From IMG/VR virus record IMGVR_UViG_3300042483_000604: 64,000 nucleotides of DNA; one strand, written 5' to 3'. The notes beneath the pieces are model-generated. The model was not told where the DNA came from and searched no databases. It worked only from the letters and a program-made list of their open reading frames with translations. The stretch is from a virus. Its lineage: Duplodnaviria > Heunggongvirae > Uroviricota > Caudoviricetes. The position numbers and the translations under genes are program-made. Below, in pieces: positions 38,794 through 47,724 of the stretch (position 1 is the stretch's first letter; the number at the start of each line of letters is the position of its first letter).

Positions 38794-38862
38794 ATTAAGT
38801 AGTATTATGATTGGTTACAGATTCGTGTCTGCCCACTTCCTTCTCAGGTCTATAATATATAA

Positions 38863-38870
38863 TATAAATA
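38863..38870 (-). promoter_or_regulatory. TATTTATA candidate promoter for the long fibre gene
   Basis: Upstream of a structured leader and the ATG at 38793. Confidence 0.45.
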
Positions 38871-38872
38871 TC

Positions 38873-39097
38873 TTAAGATTCTGCTTTAGCAGTTTTTTCT
38901 ATTTTACGAATACCTGCTTGTTTTTTCTTTTCTTCTTCTTGAATCATGGTACGGATTTGAGAAATCTCTTGATCAAGTTTTACTTGAAGGGTAGCTACAA
39001 AGATAGCCGAACTGCCTTTTATTTCAATTACGTTAAGTGATTGTCTTAAGAGGTTTATTTCTTCTAGTGATAAATTTTCTATTGTAAATACGTTCAT
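38873..39097 (-). CDS. Small hypothetical protein
   Basis: Helical ORF LSLEEINLLRQSLNVIEIKG. Confidence 0.6.
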   Translation of the reverse strand: MNVFTIENLSLEEINLLRQSLNVIEIKGSSAIFVATLQVKLDQEISQIRTMIQEEEKKKQAGIRKIEKTAKAES

Positions 39098-39149
39098 ATG
39101 CTTTTCTTTTTAAGTTATGAGATTTTTTTTAAAGAATCAACTAACAAAA

Positions 39150-39167
39150 AAGAGCCCTAAGGCTCTT
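39150..39167 (-). terminator. Rho-independent terminator
   Basis: Minus strand AAGAGCC-TTAG-GGCTCTT followed by TTTT. Confidence 0.75.
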
Positions 39168-39169
39168 GT

Positions 39170-39352
39170 TTATTTCTCTAATTTTTCTAATTCTTTTGTT
39201 ACTTTAACCCATATGTTGTAGAACGTTTCAAATTCATGTCCTGTATAGGTTGCCGATCTTAATTTTGAGAGTAAAAATTTATACTCTTCTGCTGTAAAAC
39301 TGTTAACCTCTTCTTGTTTTGATGAAGGGTTAATCTTGTCCAATAATCCCAT
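39170..39352 (-). CDS. Small hypothetical protein
   Basis: ORF directly before the terminator. Confidence 0.55.
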   Translation of the reverse strand: MGLLDKINPSSKQEEVNSFTAEEYKFLLSKLRSATYTGHEFETFYNIWVKVTKELEKLEK

Positions 39353-39375
39353 TATAACTTTTTTTAAAATTTATT

Positions 39376-40152
39376 TTATGAATAGATAAAAATATCTCCT
39401 GATGTTGCTGTGTAAATTGCTCCTGCTGCTACAAACTCTCCTGATGTTGGAGCTGATACGTGTGCTGCTTCTGTGAATACGTATCCTGCAAATGCACTAT
39501 TTCCGTTTGTACCGATTGTGATTGCGTTATCTGTATCTACTAATCCGTTCTGGTATCCCCATCTGTCTGTTGCTGAATCATATCCAAAGGCAATATTACC
39601 TAATGCATCTGAACCTCTATCAATTATGATACCACCGTCTCCTGCTGATGCTGATCCTGATGCTAATATAATGAACTGGTCTTCTACTAATAACTGTGTT
39701 GTATTTATTTGAGTAGTTGAACCATTTACAAATAAATCACCTGATACTGTTAAGTTGTTTCCAATTGTAACATCACTTGGTAACCCTATTGTAAGAGTTT
39801 GACCTGACATTGCTGTCTCAACCTCTAAAGAAGTACCTTGTATAGTAAATGTTTGAGTTTTTATATCAATTGCTCCATTACCTGTTGAACCAGATACGTT
39901 TAGAGTAGAAACTAATCCTGTTAAGTTTGCTCCATCTCCTGAGAATGATCCTGAAAAAGATCCTGAGAATCCTGCTGCTTGTACTTGCGAAGATCCTAAG
40001 TTTAATAAGGTTCCATTATAGGTAAGTCCACTGCTTTCTAAGGCACCGCCTGCACCTGCTATTACTAAATTGTCGTCAGTTAAGTTAGAGGCTGTTACAT
40101 TTAGTAAATGTGCTGCCGAGCCACTAACTATGACCTTTTTCCAAGTTGCCAT
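39376..40152 (-). CDS. Short fibre-like virion protein
   Basis: N-terminus MATWKKVIVSGS nearly identical to the long fibre's [12 protein letters not shown]; shares the LLVEDQFIILASGS...DGGIII segment type. Confidence 0.7.
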   Translation of the reverse strand: MATWKKVIVSGSAAHLLNVTASNLTDDNLVIAGAGGALESSGLTYNGTLLNLGSSQVQAAGFSGSFSGSFSGDGANLTGLVSTLNVSGSTGNGAIDIKTQTFTIQGTSLEVETAMSGQTLTIGLPSDVTIGNNLTVSGDLFVNGSTTQINTTQLLVEDQFIILASGSASAGDGGIIIDRGSDALGNIAFGYDSATDRWGYQNGLVDTDNAITIGTNGNSAFAGYVFTEAAHVSAPTSGEFVAAGAIYTATSGDIFIYS

Positions 40153-40187
40153 ATTCTATTGTGTATTTGTTTTATTAATAAATATAC

Positions 40188-40550
40188 TTAATTATTGAAT
40201 CCCAAATAGAAAGCATCACTGGAGCTGTAAAAGATTCCTCCTGATACTGCTGTCGGTGTTACTGTTTGTGGTGTCAATTGTAAAGTACCTTCTGTGTTTA
40301 CTTTTATTTTTTCCTGCCCTCCAACTGATACTGCAAAATATTGATCTACTCCATTAAGAGCAAGTTGAAAAGACCCTGTTATTCCTATATTTTCTGTCGT
40401 ATTCCAGTAAGATCCTGTTTCTCTAAAAATACTTTGATTTATAGATAAGTCAATACCATTTAGTACAATAGCCCCTGTTACGTTAAACGAACCTGTGTAT
40501 AACGAACTTGTTAAATCTGTATCTAATTGTTTCCACTGTATTAATGCCAT
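40188..40550 (-). CDS. Hypothetical virion protein
   Basis: MALIQWKQL...; C-terminal PTAVSGGIFYS resembles the end of the neighbouring ORF. Confidence 0.55.
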   Translation of the reverse strand: MALIQWKQLDTDLTSSLYTGSFNVTGAIVLNGIDLSINQSIFRETGSYWNTTENIGITGSFQLALNGVDQYFAVSVGGQEKIKVNTEGTLQLTPQTVTPTAVSGGIFYSSSDAFYLGFNN

Positions 40551-40554
40551 GTGC

Positions 40555-41772
40555 TTATATGAATTTTCCTACCAATACTACCTGATCTTGACTATCGATT
40601 GGGTAACCTAACCCTACAAACGTAACTGTTATACTACCTCCTGACTCTCCTACTGTTCTTAAATCTGTAGAAATAAACTGTCCGTTTATAAATACTTTAA
40701 AATCATCCTGAGTTATAGCGGCAAACCCTGTTGGCGGGGTTGCAAATACCTTACCTACAAATGTTGCTACTGTTGCAGTTTTTGTATCAGCTAATGCTGT
40801 TGTATTTAACCCTACGTACAGTATTTCTGCTGCTGTCATTCCTACTGATTTTGGAGAGGCCCCTGTTAAAGCTGTGTCGAAGAATCTAGAAGGTGCTTTT
40901 ACTGTCGGTGTACTTGCTCTAGCATTTAATACCTCAGTTGATCCTGCAGTTTCTATTCCAAATTTTAATGCTGCTTTTGAGAAAAATTTATTTGGATTCC
41001 CTACATTTGTATTTATTGCATCCGATACAATATACCCTGCTATCTTAATTTGAAAAGAAGTCTTTACTGTTCTATCTCCTCCTTCAACTAACTCAGTTGT
41101 TGTTGTATAATTATCAATTGCTGCTCTAAATTTAAACCTTTCTGGATCTCCCCAGTATGAATCTGATGCAAAGTTTACTGATTCTATAATTTTATTCATT
41201 TGGTCTATATACTCTGTGAAAATCACACATGAATAAACCAGGTTTACATAATCCGGCATAATAACACCGTAATATTCCCTAACAGGTTCTCTATTATTTA
41301 AAGTAGAAAATCTATCATATACATTTTTTTGTGAATATTTTTTTTGGAATACTCCAAAATGTATAGGATTATTTGCATCCATCTTATTTCCAAGTGATCT
41401 ATTTTTTTCAATAGAATCTCTTTTAACCATTATAAGAGGTGTTTGAATCTTACCGTTTTTATCTCTGTAAAATCCATCTTTTTGCATTGCTGCCCATCTT
41501 TCTGGTGAACTGTAAATAACTGGAACGTTTATTTTTGTACTGTTTTGAATTACTGATGGTCTAATTACATTATCGAAGTAATAAAATATAGATGCATCTA
41601 CATCTTTTAATCCTACTTGAAATTGTTTTACATCGTCATTCTTAACTGTTCTTTGATTCTCTCTTTTTTTATTTACAGGCACAGGAGCTTTCCCTTGACT
41701 TAAGTAAGGTGTGATTGTTTCTTGAGACAATTCTACTTGTGATTTAGGTACCGGTTTTCTTGTTAATGCCAT
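40555..41772 (-). CDS. Tail terminator / sheath stabiliser (T4 gp15-like) with C-terminal extension
   Basis: LKDVDASIFYYF...VPVIYSSPERW...PDYVNLVYSCVIFT; position after the neck genes. Confidence 0.6.
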   Translation of the reverse strand: MALTRKPVPKSQVELSQETITPYLSQGKAPVPVNKKRENQRTVKNDDVKQFQVGLKDVDASIFYYFDNVIRPSVIQNSTKINVPVIYSSPERWAAMQKDGFYRDKNGKIQTPLIMVKRDSIEKNRSLGNKMDANNPIHFGVFQKKYSQKNVYDRFSTLNNREPVREYYGVIMPDYVNLVYSCVIFTEYIDQMNKIIESVNFASDSYWGDPERFKFRAAIDNYTTTTELVEGGDRTVKTSFQIKIAGYIVSDAINTNVGNPNKFFSKAALKFGIETAGSTEVLNARASTPTVKAPSRFFDTALTGASPKSVGMTAAEILYVGLNTTALADTKTATVATFVGKVFATPPTGFAAITQDDFKVFINGQFISTDLRTVGESGGSITVTFVGLGYPIDSQDQVVLVGKFI

Positions 41773-42320
41773 TATAGTATTGTATTTGCTTCAGTAGTTG
41801 CTGTTGCGATTGAGTTTGGATCTACCGGTGTTGCTTCATATCTTGAAACAATTCCTACTTTATCTGCTCTTGTTAAATGGCATACACATATAATAGAAAG
41901 TGTTCCTGCATAGTTTGGTCCGTAGTTGGTTAAGTTGTAATTCTCATCTCTACCTACAAATAGCTGGTTCTCTATGGTGTTATCTACTTCGTAGTAATCC
42001 TCTTGCCATTGTATAATATCGCCTACTTCAGGTACAGTATTTACATCTTTTAAATCTTCCCTTAAAAATCTAAAACTTGTAGTCCTTCCTCTATCAGGTC
42101 CGAAATCATCTACAGACATTCCTGGCTCTCCTCGATCTATAAGGCAGTTAACTTTAACTGGTGACCAAAAAACTTTTTCTTGTGCTTCTCCGTATATGTT
42201 TGCTTGAGTTTCTTCCAAAGATATTTTATAATAGAGAATTTCTTGCTCTATTACATCTGATAACAACTCTCTGTTTATCTTTATAAGTAAATTAAAATCT
42301 CTTTGGCTTCCGAATATCAT
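41772..42320 (-). CDS. Neck/head-closure protein (T4 gp14-like)
   Basis: NIYGE...VPEVGDIIQWQEDYYEV; follows the gp13-like gene. Confidence 0.65.
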   Translation of the reverse strand: MIFGSQRDFNLLIKINRELLSDVIEQEILYYKISLEETQANIYGEAQEKVFWSPVKVNCLIDRGEPGMSVDDFGPDRGRTTSFRFLREDLKDVNTVPEVGDIIQWQEDYYEVDNTIENQLFVGRDENYNLTNYGPNYAGTLSIICVCHLTRADKVGIVSRYEATPVDPNSIATATTEANTIL

Positions 42321-42619
42321 TATTCTATTTTTTCAATTGATTTTAAAGATAAGTCTACCTTTTTAATATTTGGTACTAACTTAAATGTATCTTTTTTTAA
42401 TTTTTCAAATACAACTGGACCTGGTTTACCGGTTAGTATTTTTACCTTTAGTACAACTATATTTCTATCTTCATCTGAATCAATAGCTGTTACTCTTGTA
42501 ACCCCTGGCATAGCTCTTACAAAATCTGCAACTTCTGAAGCTGTGATTTCATCTTTGTGTCCAACCCTGATAAGGCCTTGGTACATTCCAAAAGTCATTT
42601 CGTTTAATAGTTTACTCAT
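42320..42619 (-). CDS. Small hypothetical protein
   Basis: ORF translationally coupled to its neighbours; VADFVRAMPGVTRV. Confidence 0.55.
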   Translation of the reverse strand: MSKLLNEMTFGMYQGLIRVGHKDEITASEVADFVRAMPGVTRVTAIDSDEDRNIVVLKVKILTGKPGPVVFEKLKKDTFKLVPNIKKVDLSLKSIEKIE

Positions 42620-43821
42620 TATCCTACGTATATTAACATCGGTACTTTATCTAAAGCATCGTTGATATATTGTGTTTGTGTTGCTTGTAAGGAAAGCTGA
42701 TTTGTTAAAGATGCTGTTTGCATTGTTGCTTTTAGAGATTCCACTAAAGTAGCTTTCTCCGTTCTTGCATCTGCTAATAAATCTGCTGCATTTAATCTAA
42801 CTTCTGATCCCGGTACTGGTACTGTTTCGTATTTACCTCTAACATATGCTAAGATCTCTTTACAAGTAGCTGCAGCATATTTGAATATCCACTGACGTCC
42901 TATTGCATTTATTTCAGAATATACTAAGTTTTGTGCATTAGCATTTGACATGTTAGTTGTTACTCCTGTCGTTGAACTACTTCCTCCTGTACCTGTTATT
43001 GCTCCAGAAGAATTTGCAGATGCTGCAAAAGAAATAGTATCACTTATGTATTGATTTGTCTTTTCACTTAGAATATAGTACTGAACTTTTAATTTTCCAG
43101 CTCTCATTGGTACTGGAAATAGAGTTAGTATATTGTTGTGAATTTCAAAGGAATATGCTGATTTTCTTATCTGATCATTAAATTCGATTGCTTGTGTTTT
43201 TAATACATCGTAAGATGCTGGCATCAATAAGAAGTTTACCCCTGGTGAAAATGATCCAAAGTCAAATGCATCCATAAGAGATTGAATACCTGTTCCTGTT
43301 CCAGCATATGGGTCAAAATATCTCATAATTGCAGGAGGTGCTTCGTAAAATACTTTTCGTATCTCAATTGCTCCTTGTCCTATTAAAGATGTAAGGTTGT
43401 AGTCTTGTTGGCCTGCTACAAGATCTATCATTGCTGTTCTTAGAGTAACTGGACCTCCGACTCCTGCTTCTGTACCATATTGTGCACTTGTTGCAATTAC
43501 GTTTTGTAGACTAGGTCTAAAGATGGTCTGATTTACAGCTGAACCTCCAGCACTTCCTCCTAATTGAGAAGATAATGTCTCTGCAGTTATAGCTTCTATT
43601 ACTTCTTTTCCGTAAGCAGTAACTGCTTCTTCAAAAGCTGCATAAAACTGTCTTTCGTGTAATTCTATATCTAGAACCGGCCATCCTAATTTTTCAGCAC
43701 AGTAGCGTGCTACTTTAGGTGCATCTTCTTGGAAAGATAAGTCATCATCATAAAAGCCAAAGGGAGTTGATTCCCCTGCTATGAAGTTTGTACTGCCATC
43801 CCAGATTTGAATATTTGCCAT
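42619..43821 (-). CDS. Neck protein (T4 gp13-like adaptor)
   Basis: KLGWPVLDIEL...AFEEAV; WIFKYAAATCKEILAYVRGKY..VP.PG..V.LNA..LL. Confidence 0.75.
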   Translation of the reverse strand: MANIQIWDGSTNFIAGESTPFGFYDDDLSFQEDAPKVARYCAEKLGWPVLDIELHERQFYAAFEEAVTAYGKEVIEAITAETLSSQLGGSAGGSAVNQTIFRPSLQNVIATSAQYGTEAGVGGPVTLRTAMIDLVAGQQDYNLTSLIGQGAIEIRKVFYEAPPAIMRYFDPYAGTGTGIQSLMDAFDFGSFSPGVNFLLMPASYDVLKTQAIEFNDQIRKSAYSFEIHNNILTLFPVPMRAGKLKVQYYILSEKTNQYISDTISFAASANSSGAITGTGGSSSTTGVTTNMSNANAQNLVYSEINAIGRQWIFKYAAATCKEILAYVRGKYETVPVPGSEVRLNAADLLADARTEKATLVESLKATMQTASLTNQLSLQATQTQYINDALDKVPMLIYVG

Positions 43822-43833
43822 GTTTTAAAAAGT

Positions 43834-44253
43834 TTAAGTAGTTACTACTAAGTATCCAATAGTAGCTTCTGAGTCAACTGGAGAGGCTTTTACTGATCTT
43901 AAATCTCCATATGTAAAGTTATTAAACTGACCGCTTACGTATTCTGAATTAAATATAAAGCTACCGCTTCCTCGAAGTAAAAAGTTAAATTGATCTGTTG
44001 AACCAGACAGCTGTAGATTAACAGATCCTGTTGAAAGATTTGAAATTCTAGCATACCTTACACTACTTGATACAAAGGTACCTGCTCCTGGAAGTGCTGC
44101 TAAGTTAATAATCTCAGTCATTGATCCAGTAGGTATTGACATTACTCTACTATCTGCATAGTTCACACCTGTTATAGATGTTTCAAAGTTTGTACCTCTT
44201 TCAACTCCGTTTAATTTAAGTCTTTCTCTTATAAAGTATGTAAATTTTGCCAT
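43834..44253 (-). CDS. Hypothetical virion protein
   Basis: Start placed at ATG 44253 (MAKFTYFIRE); TATTTATA box at 44270-44277. Confidence 0.6.
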   Translation of the reverse strand: MAKFTYFIRERLKLNGVERGTNFETSITGVNYADSRVMSIPTGSMTEIINLAALPGAGTFVSSSVRYARISNLSTGSVNLQLSGSTDQFNFLLRGSGSFIFNSEYVSGQFNNFTYGDLRSVKASPVDSEATIGYLVVTT

Positions 44254-44287
44254 TACCAAATAGTTTATTTATAAATAGCAACTTACT

Positions 44288-44974
44288 TTAATCCCTAAAG
44301 TCTTGGTATACTTTTAAAATAGGAGATACAATATCGTGTCTATGGTTTTGTTTTAATGCAAATATTCTGAATCCTTTTACCTGTTCTTCGACTCTTGTAA
44401 GGAAAGAAAATCCTGTTTCCTTTTTTACTTTTAAATCAATTTGAGCTAAGTCTCCACAGATTACCATTTTAGATCCTTTACCAAGTCTCCCCAGTACTGT
44501 CTCCATTTGGTCCTGGGTTACGTTTTGTGCCTCATCTACAATTACAAAAGAGTTAACAAATGTCCTACCTCTCATAAATGCAAAAGGAACTATCTCAATA
44601 TTCCCGTATTCCAATTCTTTATCTACTTTATCCTTGCCATATAGCATGTATAAGTTATGATATATTGGTGCTAACCAAGGGTCCATTTTTTCCTTTAAAT
44701 CGCCTGGTAAAAATCCTAAGTCTTCCTTAGCCACTGTAGGTCTAGTTATAATAATCTTATCTACCTCTCTACTAAATAGCATATCTAGGGCTGCTTGTAC
44801 TGCTACTAAAGTCTTTCCTGAACCTGCCATTCCTTTTAGAACGACTACTGGATTTTCTACAATAAGTGCTTTTGCTAATTTTTGTTCTTCATTAAGTTGG
44901 AGTTGGAACTTAATTGGGTTTTTCGGTTTTCTCTTTGGAGTGAAAACTTCATCAGTATGATGGTTTGAAGCCAT
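44288..44974 (-). CDS. phoH: PhoH-family ATPase
   Basis: GMAGSGKT, RGRT, VDEAQN, GDLAQID. Confidence 0.95.
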   Translation of the reverse strand: MASNHHTDEVFTPKRKPKNPIKFQLQLNEEQKLAKALIVENPVVVLKGMAGSGKTLVAVQAALDMLFSREVDKIIITRPTVAKEDLGFLPGDLKEKMDPWLAPIYHNLYMLYGKDKVDKELEYGNIEIVPFAFMRGRTFVNSFVIVDEAQNVTQDQMETVLGRLGKGSKMVICGDLAQIDLKVKKETGFSFLTRVEEQVKGFRIFALKQNHRHDIVSPILKVYQDFRD

Positions 44975-45013
44975 ATTGAAACGTTTATTTGTTTCTAATA
45001 AATATACGAAAAA

Positions 45014-45033
45014 AGCCTAGTAAAAACTAGGCT
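45014..45033 (-). terminator. Rho-independent terminator
   Basis: Minus strand AGCCTAG-TTTTTA-CTAGGCT followed by TTTTT. Confidence 0.75.
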
Positions 45034-45064
45034 CTTTCTTATTTATTTTTATTTATTTTAAAAA

Positions 45065-45952
45065 TTATAAGCAAATATTCTGTATACTTTCTATGATTGT
45101 TTCTGGGTCATATGAATCTGTTACTAATCCTGATGTTCCTAGTGCTAATGTTTCTAGAGGAGCATACGAAGTTGCTGATGCTTTCATAAGTAATACCTTA
45201 ATTCCTTCTGTATTACAATCTTCTACTAATGTTTGTACAAATGCTGTATCTGTTGCATTATTAATATCATCGTCACCTGATGAAGGTTGATCTGTAATAA
45301 GGACTATTAATCTAGATACATTTTCTCTGAAGGTTCCTACTATATCATGGTTTACTATTCTATCGATACCCATATCAGCAGGTTCAGGACCACTTACTCC
45401 ATATCCTATAGGAAAATCTACAGTATTTAGTACACTAAGCTGTGTAGTAAAACTACTTTCATTATTTTGCGATAACATCTCCATCGCAGTTATGTATTGA
45501 ATTCTATCAGAGGCTGTGCCAGCAATGTCATATAGGTTTGTGTATCTTTGAGCGGCAGGTAAACTGGTGTAGGCTGCTTTAGGTAGGTATTTGTTTATCA
45601 GTGCAGGGTGTGTGTCATTTGGATTATATTCATCAAATAGTACTAGTCCTAGTCTATAGTTATTTCCCGACTCTGTTACAATTGCCTGGACAATAGAAGC
45701 TATTGCTGCTTTAATAGCATTAATTGCATCCCCCATACTACCTGTATAGTCTACTAGAAATACTACATCTATTCCATCTGCACAAGTTATTACTCCATCA
45801 TCTGCGGTTAGGGGTCCTTTATTCTGATGACTTATCCAATCATTTAACTCTACTAAATACTTGTAATAATGTTCCATTTGCTGGTTTTCGTTTAGGCTTC
45901 TTATTGAATCTAAAGTCTTGAACTGCTGCCAGGTTAATTCTCCTATAATCAT
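45065..45952 (-). CDS. von Willebrand factor A (vWA) domain protein
   Basis: DVVFLVDYTGSMG (MIDAS-like), RLGLVLFDE, GPEPA, RLIVLITDQP. Confidence 0.75.
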   Translation of the reverse strand: MIIGELTWQQFKTLDSIRSLNENQQMEHYYKYLVELNDWISHQNKGPLTADDGVITCADGIDVVFLVDYTGSMGDAINAIKAAIASIVQAIVTESGNNYRLGLVLFDEYNPNDTHPALINKYLPKAAYTSLPAAQRYTNLYDIAGTASDRIQYITAMEMLSQNNESSFTTQLSVLNTVDFPIGYGVSGPEPADMGIDRIVNHDIVGTFRENVSRLIVLITDQPSSGDDDINNATDTAFVQTLVEDCNTEGIKVLLMKASATSYAPLETLALGTSGLVTDSYDPETIIESIQNICL

Positions 45953-45994
45953 ATTACCGTTTTATATAAATATACGAACTTTTTTTTTACAAAA

Positions 45995-46017
45995 AAAGAG
46001 AGCTAAAAGCTCTCTTT
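45995..46017 (-). terminator. Rho-independent terminator after the major capsid gene
   Basis: Minus strand AAAGAGAGC-TTTTA-GCTCTCTTT followed by a T run. Confidence 0.8.
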
Positions 46018-46038
46018 AATTTATTATTCTGTAGTAAA

Positions 46039-47697
46039 TTATACAGTAGCGATATCGCTAACGAAGATTTTACCGTAGAATTCTGGTCTGATCATTTTCT
46101 TAGCGTAACGAGTCATGATACCTTTTCTTGGAGTGAAGGTAGTTGGATCGTATACTAATGGAGTCATGATTAATGGAATATATGGAGCATAAACTGCACC
46201 TGTTTCCAAGAATTGAGATCCTCTGTAACCTAATAAGATTACGTTTTCAGTCATGTAAGGGTTTTTGTAAACTCTGAAACGAGAATTCAAGTTACCTACT
46301 TTCTGAACTCCCATTGCAAAGTCCATTTTATCACCGTTTGTATCTGCTGCATATCCTGGAATTGATTCTAAGATTGTAGCTACAGTTGGAGATACTACTA
46401 AGAAGTTAGCTCCACCTCTTAAAGTTTTTTGGTGAATTTTGTTAGATACTTTTTGTACTTTAGTACCTAAAGTTCCAAACCATTGACCTTGAGTGTTGTA
46501 GAAGCTAGTTCCTGCACTAAAAGTACCTGTTTCCCAGTTACTTGTTGCTGGATTCCAGTTTTTGTTGTTAACTGCTGACCATCTTTCAGTTGTAGCTGCA
46601 TCTTGGATTAACATATCCATTAACTCTAAGTCAATCTCCATAGAGATGTACTCTGATAATAATGAAGTTAATTCTGCTTCAGCATCAATTGAATGGTAAG
46701 CGTTTAAGTCTTGTGCGAACTCTGGAGTCCATTGTGCTTTTAATTTTCTTGTTTTAGCAACGATAGCTTCAGAAGCTAATGATACGTTGATTTCAGGAAT
46801 TTTAATAGTTCCGTTGTTGTTACCTTGTGGGTTAGTTCCGTTATCTTCAAAATCACCTCTTGAAGTATCAGTTGGTTGCATTTGGTATTTTACAGTTGCA
46901 TTAAATGTACCTGCAGCGTTTGCAGTATAAGCACCACCTGCTGCAGTTGTTTTAACTACGAACAATACGTGTGTTCCGTTTGTACCAGTAGAACCTGATA
47001 AGAAAGTTAATTCTGGGTTAGATGTAAGATCTACTGATGCAGAATATAATCTAAATGCTCTAACACCTTTAGCGTCAAATCCTACCATACTTGAAGTAGG
47101 GAATGCTACTGTGCGGTAGTCAGAAAGAACTAATCCGTCTTGGTATCCTAAAGATGCTGATGTAGCAGATCCTGTAGTCTGTCCTGTTACTACTGTAGAA
47201 GATGCAGAGTTGATTGAGTAACCAAACTGTCCTGCTCCGTATAAACCTCCGTTTACATCTTCGTCAATTGACATTTTGCTGTTAGCGTCAGATACGTTAC
47301 CGTATAAACTTTCGTCTGCTGCTCTACCTACTGTGTTTGTACCGTATTTAAAGTCTAAGTAAAATACAAGTCCTGAAGGTAAATTCATTGGTTGTACAGA
47401 AACGAAGTCTTTAGCTGCGATTTGAGCGAATACTTTACGTACTAATGGTAAAGCTACTCCAGCCCATTGCTCAGCACCACCTGTAGAAGTACCCATTGCA
47501 CCTGTACCTGTAGTATTTCCTTCTGATACGATTTGTTTTGCTTGATTCTCAAGAATCATAGCCATGTTGTTTTTCTCGATTTCATTAGAAATTCCTTCTA
47601 ATAAACCTGATTTAGCCCATTTACCTGACAAACGAGCAGCATCTGCTTGTAATGTCTTGTAGTTGTTAGCCCCTTCGAATAATTGATTTAATTCCAT
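46039..47697 (-). CDS. gp23: Major capsid protein (T4 gp23-like)
   Basis: VQPMNLPSGLVFYL, TRKLKAQWTPEFAQDL, YAPYIPL, TPRKGIMTRY. Confidence 0.96.
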   Translation of the reverse strand: MELNQLFEGANNYKTLQADAARLSGKWAKSGLLEGISNEIEKNNMAMILENQAKQIVSEGNTTGTGAMGTSTGGAEQWAGVALPLVRKVFAQIAAKDFVSVQPMNLPSGLVFYLDFKYGTNTVGRAADESLYGNVSDANSKMSIDEDVNGGLYGAGQFGYSINSASSTVVTGQTTGSATSASLGYQDGLVLSDYRTVAFPTSSMVGFDAKGVRAFRLYSASVDLTSNPELTFLSGSTGTNGTHVLFVVKTTAAGGAYTANAAGTFNATVKYQMQPTDTSRGDFEDNGTNPQGNNNGTIKIPEINVSLASEAIVAKTRKLKAQWTPEFAQDLNAYHSIDAEAELTSLLSEYISMEIDLELMDMLIQDAATTERWSAVNNKNWNPATSNWETGTFSAGTSFYNTQGQWFGTLGTKVQKVSNKIHQKTLRGGANFLVVSPTVATILESIPGYAADTNGDKMDFAMGVQKVGNLNSRFRVYKNPYMTENVILLGYRGSQFLETGAVYAPYIPLIMTPLVYDPTTFTPRKGIMTRYAKKMIRPEFYGKIFVSDIATV

Positions 47698-47724
47698 TGC
47701 GGTTTTTTGTGTTTTTTATTTTTT

